From NCBI GenBank assembly GCA_023898585.1, contig CP060229.1:854587-918586 (forward strand): a stretch of 64,000 nucleotides of DNA, in the 5' to 3' direction. The notes under the pieces were generated by a model, which was not told the DNA's origin, searched no databases, and saw only the letters and a program-made list of their open reading frames with translations. Shown in pieces: positions 18,797-27,853 of the stretch; position 1 is the stretch's first letter, and every line of letters begins with the position of its first letter. The position numbers and the translations under genes are program-made. Source of the stretch: Candidatus Nomurabacteria bacterium. Its GTDB lineage: Bacteria; Patescibacteriota; Minisyncoccia; Phycocordibacterales; UBA918.

Positions 18797-19828
18797 CTAA
18801 CGCAAATACCTTTCAATATTCATTAAATGTCGATCATAGGTTTCGGCAAAGTAGAATTCGCCCTCATCGTCTGTGATGTAGTAGTAGTACTCCGATAGGG
18901 TCGGCTCCAAAACAGCTGTTATGGCATTAAGACCCGGATTGCCAATCGGGGTTGGTGGTAGCCCAGTGTGCAGGTAAGTATTGTATGGAGACTCTATCTC
19001 AAGGTCTTCCGGAGTAAGGTCTGAAAGTGGTTTTTCCAAAATATATTCAATTGAAGCGTCTGCTTGCAGAGGCATACCTGTTCTAAGGCGGTTTTGGAGA
19101 ACACCAGAAACCAACTTCATGGATTCGGGCGTGTTGGCTTCTCTTTCGATTATCGACGCTAGTATTAAGATTTCGTCCATCGTTAGTTCTTGCTGTTCAA
19201 TCAGTGTTTGTAGACTGGTGGTTTTTTCAGCAAAAGTCTTTAGCAAAAGTTCCAACAATTCATCGTGAGTGAAGTCGGCCGGTATAAAGTAAGTGTCAGG
19301 GAAAAGTCTACCCTCTTGTGGCTCGGCCTTGTCTAAAAAATTTTTCGTATCAAAATTTGGCAATACTTCTTCTGCCCGCTTCGCCAACTGTGAAGCCCTT
19401 TCTCCCTCAATATGAGTGAAACGTATTAAATTGGTTGCAAAGTCACCCTTGGTCAGTCTCTCTGCCACTTCGGTGGTTGAAAGTGGTTGATCGAAGACAT
19501 AAGTGCTCGCTTTTATATCGGTTGGTTCATAGAAAAAGATGAGCGTGTAATACAGTAAACTGTTTGACCGAATCACTTTTTGCTCTTCCAGCGTTTCAGT
19601 GATGTCTTTAACCCCAGTTCCTTGAGTAATTGTGATTGGCACATTTATTGGAAAATCTTTCGGTGCTTCGTTGAGTGAGTTTGCCCAAAAATACAAACCG
19701 CCGAGTGTAATAAGAAGTAGTGCGCACAAAACTAACGTTAACTTAAAAAACTTACCTAAGGCAGTTCTTTGAGACTGTCCTTCCTGTAAACCCAATTCGG
19801 GACTGAATTTGATAGGTTCATCAGGCAT
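18797..19828 (-). CDS. mltG: Endolytic murein transglycosylase MltG (YceG family)
   Basis: YceG-family C-terminal motifs (GMPLQADASIEYIL...SPYNTYLHTGLPPTPIGNPGLNAITAVLEP). The ORF track's upstream extension to 19972 overlaps the neighbouring gene, so the internal Met (MPDEPIKF) is the likelier start. Confidence 0.75.
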   Translation of the reverse strand: MPDEPIKFSPELGLQEGQSQRTALGKFFKLTLVLCALLLITLGGLYFWANSLNEAPKDFPINVPITITQGTGVKDITETLEEQKVIRSNSLLYYTLIFFYEPTDIKASTYVFDQPLSTTEVAERLTKGDFATNLIRFTHIEGERASQLAKRAEEVLPNFDTKNFLDKAEPQEGRLFPDTYFIPADFTHDELLELLLKTFAEKTTSLQTLIEQQELTMDEILILASIIEREANTPESMKLVSGVLQNRLRTGMPLQADASIEYILEKPLSDLTPEDLEIESPYNTYLHTGLPPTPIGNPGLNAITAVLEPTLSEYYYYITDDEGEFYFAETYDRHLMNIERYLR

Positions 19829-21152
19829 AGGGCGTGTTACCGATTGGGAGATTGGCCGGAGCTTCTCTTCTTGTCGATTCCACCCTCGACATACTTGGAG
19901 TAAGAACAGATGTTCCGGGGATGTGATAAATAGTAGCCAGTTCCTCGACCGACATAACCTTAACCTTATCAACCCTTTTCTTTTTGTCGCCCGGCAAATA
20001 AAAACGGTGTTTGTAGTATTCTAGCTCGGTTTTTTTCATATTCCTTTTTCTTTGGCCGGAAAAGTCTGAAATGAAGTTGTAGTCGAAGTCGGTACGCCAG
20101 GTCGCTCCGAGTTGGTTCCTTCCCACCACATCATACTGCGCAAAAGCGCGCAAAAGTGGGCTGATCATGTCTGCGTCAAACTTTCCGGCTTCGGTTATGT
20201 ACATGGCTCTCACGACTGCGTCATACGCGTACTTACTGGTGTTGCGTTCAATGGCAGCGACCGTATCGCGCTCAGATAAAGTGAGGGTCGGTCTGTTTTC
20301 TGTTTCCTCTACCCCGCTACCTTCTTTGTCGCGCTTCATTATTTTGTCTATCACCTCCTTGGCGTGTACTTCCCATGTCGGCACATCAGATAGACTACCC
20401 CTCACTAAATTTTTGGGAGCGTGAGCGGTACAGAGAATTTGCACCCAGATTCTTTCGTGTGGTTTACACTTACCCAAATGTTCTATTAAGGGCGACATTG
20501 GTTCGAACTTTAATTCTTCTTTTGGTAGTTTATCCATCCCGAAATCAATGTAGGTTTTGATCGGGTAAACCTCGTCTTGTTTTTTTGTCATGTGGAATGA
20601 GATAAGGTCCCATTTTTTTTCGTCCCAAACCACTTCGGCGGCGTAGTCTATTAATTCTTCCACTATTTCAATACCCGGGTATTGAGCATAGAACTGCGCT
20701 TCGACAGCATTTTTGCCTTTTTTGGTTGGCACGTTGACATAAAAACGCACTTCTCCACCAATGGAGACAATCTCAAAGCTGTAGACCAAGGGGTGGCGAC
20801 CGTCGAAGTAGGTCTGCATGTAGTTGTCCGGTCTACTTGGGTTATGGATTTGGGTGAAGATACTTTCCATTGCTTCCGGTGACTTCAAAACTTCCTGTGG
20901 CAGTTTGATACGAAGAGTCGTTCGACCGTTATCGTATTTGAATTTTTCTGTCATGCTCCACATCCACATGTCAAACAAAACATAGAAAAAAACAACTGGT
21001 AGCCACAGCGGAGTCAAAACGATAACTACAGTGAGAATCGGTCTTATGTCTACATTGAGCAATGAAAAAACATAAAACATTATGCCTAAAGCAATGAATA
21101 AAAATAATGGTGTTGCGATGTTAACAACCATTGTTTTTGAGGAATCTCGCAT
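19821..21152 (-). CDS. Hypothetical membrane protein (2 N-terminal TM + large soluble domain)
   Basis: 443 aa; two N-terminal TM helices then a mixed alpha/beta domain; no recognised motif. Confidence 0.45.
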   Translation of the reverse strand: MRDSSKTMVVNIATPLFLFIALGIMFYVFSLLNVDIRPILTVVIVLTPLWLPVVFFYVLFDMWMWSMTEKFKYDNGRTTLRIKLPQEVLKSPEAMESIFTQIHNPSRPDNYMQTYFDGRHPLVYSFEIVSIGGEVRFYVNVPTKKGKNAVEAQFYAQYPGIEIVEELIDYAAEVVWDEKKWDLISFHMTKKQDEVYPIKTYIDFGMDKLPKEELKFEPMSPLIEHLGKCKPHERIWVQILCTAHAPKNLVRGSLSDVPTWEVHAKEVIDKIMKRDKEGSGVEETENRPTLTLSERDTVAAIERNTSKYAYDAVVRAMYITEAGKFDADMISPLLRAFAQYDVVGRNQLGATWRTDFDYNFISDFSGQRKRNMKKTELEYYKHRFYLPGDKKKRVDKVKVMSVEELATIYHIPGTSVLTPSMSRVESTRREAPANLPIGNTPYA

Positions 21153-21175
21153 GTGTCTGTTCTATTGTACACTAT

Positions 21176-21217
21176 AAAAACAGAGCGACTGGGCTAATGC
21201 CCAGTCGCTCTGTTTTT
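21176..21217 (-). terminator. Rho-independent terminator (bidirectional-capable) after the sigma-r4 gene
   Basis: Perfect 14-bp stem cagagcgactgggc/gcccagtcgctctg with a 4-nt loop, flanked by an A-run and a T-run. Confidence 0.7.
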
Positions 21218-21233
21218 AAAAATCTGCTTGTGT

Positions 21234-22259
21234 CTAATCAGCCAAAGCGTAGGAACCGTTGGCTAGTTTTTTGAAAATATTGGTGTCCTGAAGATTAACG
21301 AGAATGGTGTTATCTTTTACGTACCGTTCTTTTCTAACTTTATCAATCAGCTCTTCACGTGATAGTGGGCCTTCTTGGGCCAAAATTTCCCGGAGTACAT
21401 CTTTCACCACTCCGGCGGTGTAACCCCACTCAGTGAGAGCATATAAGCCACGACCTACCAAAACGAAACGTTCATCTTTGATCAATTCGTTGTGAGTGGT
21501 GGCAATATGTGCCTTGTGACCAAACAAGTCGCTGATGGTCTCAGCCACTTCGCGAAAGTGCATGGGAGAACCATGTCTTTTAACTGTGAGGTAAGCATAA
21601 TCTCGAATACCCTTCACGCGTATGTTCGGGCTGTCTGCCGGGCCCCAATCGCCAAGTGGATTACGCCCGATTTGCTTTGAAATCATTAGCCAACGCTTCA
21701 AGACACCCTCGTCGTGCTTGTCGGCGATATCAATCAGTTCGTTTCTGAAACGGTTTAGAATTTCTGACTCACTAATGAGTTCATCTCGGTTTAGATTGTT
21801 GTGAACATTGCGTAGCGCTTTTTCCACTGCTTCGGCAATTTTTCGTTCGGTAAACCAGCGGTGCTCATACTGAGGGTTCTCTTTACTTTTGTAAAAAGGA
21901 TCGCCAACCACCAGCAAAAAATACAAATGATTTCGAACTACCGGATCGTTACTTAGCTCATCAAGTAAAACATGTTCAGCGATCAGACCGCCCCCGAGCT
22001 GGTCGATTAGTTTTTGCATTTCTACGAAGAGATCGTAGTGTTTTTTGTATACATCGGATTTTTGGATCGATTGAATACCATAGTTTTCAATCTGTCGGAC
22101 TCGCTCTCTCGTTATGCCGTAAGACTGACCGATTGCTTCTAGAGTGTAGGTCTCTCCATCTTTGCCAAGCCCGTACCTTTTTTCAAGCACGTCACGAGCT
22201 CTCTCAGGGAGAACGTCCAGAAGAGTTTTGGTTATTTGTTTTGGTTTAAATGAAATCAT
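21234..22259 (-). CDS. Sigma-70 region-4 domain protein with C-terminal winged-helix-like domain
   Basis: 341 aa; N-terminal sigma-70 r4-like HTH (LPERARDVLEKRYGLG...TLEAIGQSYGITRERVRQIE); the remainder has no sigma r2/r3. Confidence 0.55.
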   Translation of the reverse strand: MISFKPKQITKTLLDVLPERARDVLEKRYGLGKDGETYTLEAIGQSYGITRERVRQIENYGIQSIQKSDVYKKHYDLFVEMQKLIDQLGGGLIAEHVLLDELSNDPVVRNHLYFLLVVGDPFYKSKENPQYEHRWFTERKIAEAVEKALRNVHNNLNRDELISESEILNRFRNELIDIADKHDEGVLKRWLMISKQIGRNPLGDWGPADSPNIRVKGIRDYAYLTVKRHGSPMHFREVAETISDLFGHKAHIATTHNELIKDERFVLVGRGLYALTEWGYTAGVVKDVLREILAQEGPLSREELIDKVRKERYVKDNTILVNLQDTNIFKKLANGSYALAD

Positions 22260-22357
22260 AAATAATTAAGTGAAGAATTGGTCATAGTCCTCAATGCGTG
22301 GCCAAATTTATAACATATCGGTCGTAATCGGTCAATGTTTTTAGTATAACACATGAT

Positions 22358-22551
22358 TAGAGCATGTCCAAAACCCTACACAAAGGAGTAAATCCTTCTC
22401 TAATATTTTGTTCCGGCTCGTCGGTTTGCAAAATTTGGTCAAAAAACCGCTATGATTTCTTACCGTACATCAGTATGGCTCGAAATTCTATCAATTTTTT
22501 GTCTCAAATTTTGCAAACCTTTGGAGCTCGGAGGGTTTTTGGACATGCTCT
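22358..22551. repeat. Nested inverted-repeat structured element (~190 bp) overlapping the leuS stop codon
   Basis: Outer IR tagagcatgtccaaaaccct (22358-22377) / agggtttttggacatgctcta (22531-22551); inner IR gtttgcaaaatttg (22424-22437) / caaattttgcaaac (22505-22518). No conserved ORF inside. Confidence 0.5.
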
Positions 22552-25339
22552 AAGAAATGATAAGGTTCAGAATTCTGCCTTGTACATAAATAATTTTTGT
22601 AATTTTATGATCTTTTATTCTGTTTGCGAGGGCTTCATTTTCATTGACTGCCTTCAGTGCTTCTTCTTCTGATGCTTCCCCCGAAATAGTTATCTCCCCT
22701 CTCATTTTGCCGTTAATTTGCACTCCGATAGTCACCGCTTCATCTTTAGTAAGGTCTGGGTCGTATGTGGGAAATTTTGCAATATGGATACTGCCTTCAT
22801 TGCCAATTTCGTGCCAAATTTCTTCGGTCAGATGTGGAGCGAAGGGGGCAAGAATCACCAAGAATTTTTTGTAGCTATCCGCAGTGAGACCGGTTTTTTC
22901 CGCCAGATTGACAAAGATCATCATCGCGCTGATGGCGGTATTAAATTTGAATTCTTTGATGTCTTCTGAAACCTTCTTGATTGTTTTATGGAGTTGTCTC
23001 GTCGTTTCATCAGGTTCGGTGTCGCTTATGTGCTCTCTCAAGCCGTTAACTCGTTCGAGAAACCGCCTTGCTCCAACCAGACCATCTTGCGACCAAGCAA
23101 TCGTGTTTTCGAACGGTCCCATGAACATTTCATAAACTCGTAAAGTATCCGCTCCCACCAAATTTACTATTTCATCGGGATTGATGACATTTCCCCATCT
23201 TTTACTCATTTTTCGTCCGTCTTCCGCCAAGATAAAGCCGAGAAATTCCAGTCTCTGGAAGGGTTCCTCTGTACTTACTACCCCGATATCGTAGAGAAAC
23301 TTGTGCCAAAAACGAGCGTAGATAAGGTGTCGTACAGCATGGTCGCCACCAACATAGACGTCAACCGGTGCCCAAAACTTCTCATTTTTCTTACTTACCA
23401 GTTCTTTAGTGTTGTGGGGGTCCATGTAGCGCAAGTAGTACCAGGAAGAACCGGCCCACTGTGGCATGGTATTGGTCTCTCGTCGGCCGGATCCGGCACA
23501 TTTCGGGCACTTTGTATTTACCCAATCCTCTATATTGGCAAGTGGTGATTGCCCGTCGCCTGCCGGCTCGTACTTCTCTACGTCCGGCAACACAACTGGC
23601 AACTCACTATCCGGTACTGGTACAGCGCCACATTTATCACAGTGAATGATCGGAATTGGCTCTCCCCAGTAGCGCTGGCGTGAAAACACCCAATCTTTGA
23701 TCTTGTATGTTTTGGTTAGTCGACCCCCTACCTTTTTGGTGATGGCGATTTTGGCTTCTTTGGAGTTCATGCCGTCAAACTCGTCGGAATTAATCAATTT
23801 ACCTAAAGCTATTGTCGGTTGATCAATCATGCTGTGAGCGAAGTCTTTTAATGAAAAAGCCCATTCATCATCTGGAATTCCTTCCAGGGAATCGAATATT
23901 TCCAATTGACCTTCATGAACTGATAAATTCGAATCGTCGACTTTATCTATGAAGTAAAAAGCATATTCTTCTCTTAAATCAGAACTAGATTTTCTAAGAT
24001 ATACGAGTCTGGGCGCTAGTTTATTTTTTATAATGTCTAATTCCAGTTCCTCATGCAGTTCTCTAGCTAGAGCTTGTTCGGGTGATTCTCCTTTCTCAAC
24101 ATGACCACCAAAAGTGCAAAGTTTATCAGGGCTGGTCGGTGCCCCTGTACGTCGCTGTAACAGGTACTTTCCTTCCCGATTCCTGATAAATGCGCCAGTT
24201 GCCTTTACTCTATTTATAGTTGGTATTTCGGTTATTACGTATCTAATCCCAATCCCAAACTTTTTCGCAAACGCAAAGTCTCGCTCATCATGCGCCGGGA
24301 CAGCCATAATCGCGCCCGTACCGTAGCTTGCGAGCACATAGTCAGCGATATACACCGGAATTGTCTCGCCATTGGCTGGATTGACTGCCGTTATCCCTTC
24401 CAGCTTCACTCCAGTTTTGTCTTTGGTTGCGTCAAGTCGATCCATTTCTTTTTTACCCTCCGCTTCTTTCACGTATGTCTCAACTTCATGCCAATTCAAA
24501 ATAACTTTACTGTATTTCTCTATAAATTCGTGCTCCGGTGCCAAAACCAAGTAAGTAGCTCCGAAAAGGGTGTCCGGACGAGTGGTAAAGACTGTTACTT
24601 TCCCACCAATCGACAATTCAAAGTCAATTTCCGCTCCCTCACTACGCCCGATCCAATTGCGTTGCGCCTCTTTAATATGTTCCGGCCACTCCAGGGTATC
24701 CAAATCTGCAAGCATCCGATCGGCGTACTCCCGGATTTTTAATACCCACTGTCGCATTGGTTTTTGCTCCACTTTACTCTCGCAACGCTCGCAGGTACCG
24801 TCCGCCTCCAGATCCTCATTAGCCAGTCCTGTCTGGCAACCGGGACACCAGTTGATCGGCTCATTGCTTTCGTAAGCCAGACCTTTTTTGAAAAGTTGAA
24901 TAAAAATCCACTGTGTCCATTTGTAATAATTTGGGTCTGTAGTATTGATTTCTCTTTCCCAATCATAGTCAAAGCCCAACACTTCCAACTGCTCTTTAAA
25001 GCGTGCGACGTTTTTCTCGACCGCCACGCGCGGATGGGTTTTGTTTTTGATGGCGAAGTTTTCTGCCGGCAGACCAAAAGCGTCCCAGCCCATCGGGTGT
25101 AGTACTTCGTGTCCGGTCATTCTCATGAAACGGGAGTAAATATCGGTCGCGATATAGCCTTTGGGGTGTCCAACGTGCAGTCCTTCGCCTGACGGATACG
25201 GAAACATGTCCAACACAAATGCTTTCGGTTTGCTGGTGTTTTCGTTAGTTTTATACAGTTTGTTCTCGCGCCAATTTTCGCGCCATTTGCTTTCTATTTG
25301 TTTGTGGTCGAAACGTTTATGCATACAAAATCTAGGCAC
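22550..25339 (-). CDS. leuS: Leucine--tRNA ligase with a NUDIX hydrolase domain inserted in the CP1 editing domain
   Basis: 929 aa; HVGH (LHVGHPKGY), KMSKR, editing-domain motifs TTRPDTLFGATYLVLAPEH and GTGAIMAVPAHDERDFAFAKKFGI, and an anticodon-binding domain. Residues ~376-510 (nt 23810-24214) form a Nudix fold with the Nudix box GGHVEKGESPEQALARELHEELEL. Confidence 0.9.
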   Translation of the reverse strand: MPRFCMHKRFDHKQIESKWRENWRENKLYKTNENTSKPKAFVLDMFPYPSGEGLHVGHPKGYIATDIYSRFMRMTGHEVLHPMGWDAFGLPAENFAIKNKTHPRVAVEKNVARFKEQLEVLGFDYDWEREINTTDPNYYKWTQWIFIQLFKKGLAYESNEPINWCPGCQTGLANEDLEADGTCERCESKVEQKPMRQWVLKIREYADRMLADLDTLEWPEHIKEAQRNWIGRSEGAEIDFELSIGGKVTVFTTRPDTLFGATYLVLAPEHEFIEKYSKVILNWHEVETYVKEAEGKKEMDRLDATKDKTGVKLEGITAVNPANGETIPVYIADYVLASYGTGAIMAVPAHDERDFAFAKKFGIGIRYVITEIPTINRVKATGAFIRNREGKYLLQRRTGAPTSPDKLCTFGGHVEKGESPEQALARELHEELELDIIKNKLAPRLVYLRKSSSDLREEYAFYFIDKVDDSNLSVHEGQLEIFDSLEGIPDDEWAFSLKDFAHSMIDQPTIALGKLINSDEFDGMNSKEAKIAITKKVGGRLTKTYKIKDWVFSRQRYWGEPIPIIHCDKCGAVPVPDSELPVVLPDVEKYEPAGDGQSPLANIEDWVNTKCPKCAGSGRRETNTMPQWAGSSWYYLRYMDPHNTKELVSKKNEKFWAPVDVYVGGDHAVRHLIYARFWHKFLYDIGVVSTEEPFQRLEFLGFILAEDGRKMSKRWGNVINPDEIVNLVGADTLRVYEMFMGPFENTIAWSQDGLVGARRFLERVNGLREHISDTEPDETTRQLHKTIKKVSEDIKEFKFNTAISAMMIFVNLAEKTGLTADSYKKFLVILAPFAPHLTEEIWHEIGNEGSIHIAKFPTYDPDLTKDEAVTIGVQINGKMRGEITISGEASEEEALKAVNENEALANRIKDHKITKIIYVQGRILNLIIS

Positions 25340-25470
25340 CTTTTATTGATAATTAATTAAACATTATTCTGCCACTGTTCAGTAAATGTGCAAATTATTT
25401 CTTTGAATTTATGTGTGAAGCATCAAGTTGTGTTTATTGGCCATTCATTCTGCTGTATAATCTGATTATT

Positions 25471-25740
25471 ATGAAACAAGAAGATTTGAGAAATGCACCC
25501 AAATTATTTTGCGAGAGCATAAATGTCGCCTTCACCCCGGAGTACTTTGTGGTTGGCATGACTTCAGGTAACCAAGGTTCGATTTATACACTTACCCCGC
25601 AACACGCTAAGAGATTGAAACAGTATTTGGAACATCAGGTAAAAGAATTTGAAGAAAAACATGGTGAAATCAATGCTAAGTGGGACCCGAATATCCTCAG
25701 TCCGATGCAAAGGGTTAAACCACTGGCCGAGGGAAGTTAA
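25471..25740 (+). CDS. DUF3467-like small protein
   Basis: Starts at the internal Met (MKQEDLRN). The motif INVAFTPEYFVVGMTSGNQGSIYTLTPQHAKRLKQYLEHQVKEFEEKHGEI resembles the DUF3467 family. It is one of the few plus-strand genes in the first half of the window. Confidence 0.45.
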   Translation: MKQEDLRNAPKLFCESINVAFTPEYFVVGMTSGNQGSIYTLTPQHAKRLKQYLEHQVKEFEEKHGEINAKWDPNILSPMQRVKPLAEGS

Positions 25741-25747
25741 ACGGGCA

Positions 25748-25777
25748 TAAAAAAACTGCCCCGGTACAACGCGGGGC
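25748..25777 (-). terminator. Rho-independent terminator after the 196-aa ORF
   Basis: Stem gccccg/cggggc with an 8-nt loop, followed on the minus strand by a U7 run (plus-strand A7 at 25749-25755). Confidence 0.5.
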
Positions 25778-25799
25778 GAGTTGAGAGACAGTTGCGAAA

Positions 25800-26390
25800 T
25801 CAAAGCATCTGTTTAAGAATCTCTAACCTATTTCTAAATGACACGCAAAGTTTTATGTTTTCCTTGAGCAGTCTTTCCAAGTCGCTGACTTCCTTTCTTA
25901 TCCTTGCCAGATAAAAATCCCTCCATTTGAGAGGAGAATGCCATTTTTGCTGAAACAAAGCCAACTTGCGCTTATCTTCGGTGTTTGTCTCGGGGTCTTG
26001 TAGCCACTGCATAATGGACACGAAAGGTCTTTTTCCTTTAATCTCTGGTCGACAATCGGGGTCGTAGTTCTTGAACGAAGCAACGATCTCTGTCGGCTGG
26101 TGCTTGATTGATATTTCGCCCCAAGTGTGATCGTCAACAATTAAGCACTTTCTAAACCTAAAATACTCAATTGAAACTACCGCATCAAAATCCTCAAGGA
26201 TCATAAGTCCCTGAAGGGCAGCTCTGATAGCATCCCTGTATGATGGACTCACTTCAATATCACAACCTCGTCCCGAATATATCGGTAGTTGCAACATATC
26301 TTCAGTGAGAGTGGTTCTTACGTGTTTCTCTGGTTCCGCCCAAGCAAAACAGAAAAGAAATTTTCTGCTACTAACGAGTCTAACGGTCAT
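25800..26390 (-). CDS. Hypothetical protein
   Basis: 196-aa ORF with coding-like composition; no recognised motifs. Confidence 0.4.
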   Translation of the reverse strand: MTVRLVSSRKFLFCFAWAEPEKHVRTTLTEDMLQLPIYSGRGCDIEVSPSYRDAIRAALQGLMILEDFDAVVSIEYFRFRKCLIVDDHTWGEISIKHQPTEIVASFKNYDPDCRPEIKGKRPFVSIMQWLQDPETNTEDKRKLALFQQKWHSPLKWRDFYLARIRKEVSDLERLLKENIKLCVSFRNRLEILKQML

Positions 26391-26463
26391 GTGTATTTCC
26401 CCTGTAAAAAAGCTTCTTTCACTAAGTTATAGCAAAGCGACTTGGTTGTCTATGGAAGTACGA

Positions 26464-26666
26464 GGAAGCGCGGCCGAAGTGGCTAAAAATATGTGTGAGA
26501 GACAAGCTGGAGCACGAGGCATATCGGGATATGTTGAGTGCGATGCGTGCGTTTCGTAGCCATATTTTAGCCACGACGACCGGAAATGAATTAGAATAAC
26601 ATTATTTTCATGGTGAGACTTCAGACAGTTTCACCTAGCCGAAGCGCGGCCGAAGGCCGCGCTTCC
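26464..26666. mobile_element. MITE-like palindromic repeat, copy A (inverted relative to copy B), flanked by a 15-bp direct repeat
   Basis: ~160-bp body (26480-26640) whose reverse complement is ~90% identical to 40498-40639. Flanked by the direct repeats gaagcgcggccgaag (26465-26479 and 26641-26655). The right-hand copy is part of a perfect GC hairpin gaagcgcggcc-gaa-ggccgcgcttc, 22 nt downstream of the ychF stop. Internal IR gtggctaaaaatatg / catattttagccac. Confidence 0.55.
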
Positions 26667-26688
26667 ATGCTCAATCAAATAGACGTTT

Positions 26689-27789
26689 TTACGAGTGCAT
26701 AAACTCAATCACGTCTCCGTCTTGCACCACGTACTCCCTGCCTTCGGTTCTGAGCTTACCTTGATCGCGAGCAACAGATTTTGACCCACTGGCCACCAAA
26801 TCTTCAAATTTTACCACCTGTGCGCGAATATACTTTGTCTGAAAGTCACTATGAATAACACCTCCCGCTTCCGGTCCAGTACTACCTTCTGGTATTGTCC
26901 AAGCACGCGTTTCTTTTTCGCCGGTCGTGAAATAACTGATCAGACCAAGACTATGGTAAGCGACTCTGATCAGCGATTCGACACCGTTTTCCTGTGCTCC
27001 ATACTCGCGACGAAATTCGTTTTTCTCACTCTCGGAAAAATCTTTTAGCTCGTGTTCCATTCCTGCGTCGACCACTACATACTCAGATCCGGTCTTTTCA
27101 AAAAACTCCACTAATTCGTCCCATCTTGGGTCGCTTTGTTCGTCCAGGTTAAAAGCATCTTGTTTTTTGTTGCAGACATATAAAAACTTCTTCATTGTTA
27201 AAAGATGAAGATCTTTAATCTGTTTTTTCTCATCTTTCGTCATTTCAAAACTATTAGCTAAAGATCCGGCATCCAAATGCACTAGAAGCTTTTCCAGCAA
27301 AGTTTTCTCTGCGATAGCCGGCTTGTCTCCTCGCTTAACCTCCTTCTCCAAGTTATTGACACGCTTTGCTACTGTCTCGGCGTCAGCCATGATAAGTTCC
27401 AGGTTAATAACTTCAATATCTCCCATCGGGTCAACTCCGCCGGAGACATGGTGGATATCACTGTCTTCAAAAATTCTTACCACCTCGGCAATCATGTCGG
27501 TTTCCCGAATATTAGCGAGGAACTTGTTCCCGAGTCCTTCGCCGGCCGAAGCTCCTTTTACCAGTCCTGCAATATCAACAAATTCCACAATGGCCGGGAT
27601 GATGTCTTTAGATTTTGAAATTTCGGCCAAAGTGGTGAGTCTATGGTCGGGTACGGCAACTACCCCAACTGTCGGGTCGATTGTGCAAAACGGATAGTTG
27701 GCCATTTCGACCGAATTTTTCGTGAGTGCATTAAAAAGGGTTGATTTTCCAACATTTGGTAGACCGGCAATTCCGACAGATAGTGACAT
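26689..27789 (-). CDS. ychF: Ribosome-binding ATPase YchF (Obg-family GTPase-like)
   Basis: 366 aa; G1 motif GIAGLPNVGKSTLFNALT, NYPFCTIDPTVG, and a TGS C-terminal domain. Confidence 0.85.
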   Translation of the reverse strand: MSLSVGIAGLPNVGKSTLFNALTKNSVEMANYPFCTIDPTVGVVAVPDHRLTTLAEISKSKDIIPAIVEFVDIAGLVKGASAGEGLGNKFLANIRETDMIAEVVRIFEDSDIHHVSGGVDPMGDIEVINLELIMADAETVAKRVNNLEKEVKRGDKPAIAEKTLLEKLLVHLDAGSLANSFEMTKDEKKQIKDLHLLTMKKFLYVCNKKQDAFNLDEQSDPRWDELVEFFEKTGSEYVVVDAGMEHELKDFSESEKNEFRREYGAQENGVESLIRVAYHSLGLISYFTTGEKETRAWTIPEGSTGPEAGGVIHSDFQTKYIRAQVVKFEDLVASGSKSVARDQGKLRTEGREYVVQDGDVIEFMHS

Positions 27790-27817
27790 GATAATTGTGT
27801 TGTTAATTTAGTTTATT

Positions 27818-27846
27818 AAAAAAGGCCAAGATAAAGGTATCCGGCC
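27818..27846 (-). terminator. Rho-independent terminator between the structured RNA candidate and ychF
   Basis: Minus-strand hairpin ggccggataccttta tcttggcc followed by UUUUUU (plus-strand aaaaaaggccaagataaaggtatccggcc). Confidence 0.5.
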
Positions 27847-27853
27847 TGAAAAT

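Noticed and set aside
22364-22672. 102-aa plus-strand ORF inside the nested inverted-repeat element, running into the leuS 3' end.
   Set aside because: Cys/Phe-rich low-complexity translation, antisense to leuS over a third of its length. The region is better explained as a structured non-coding element.
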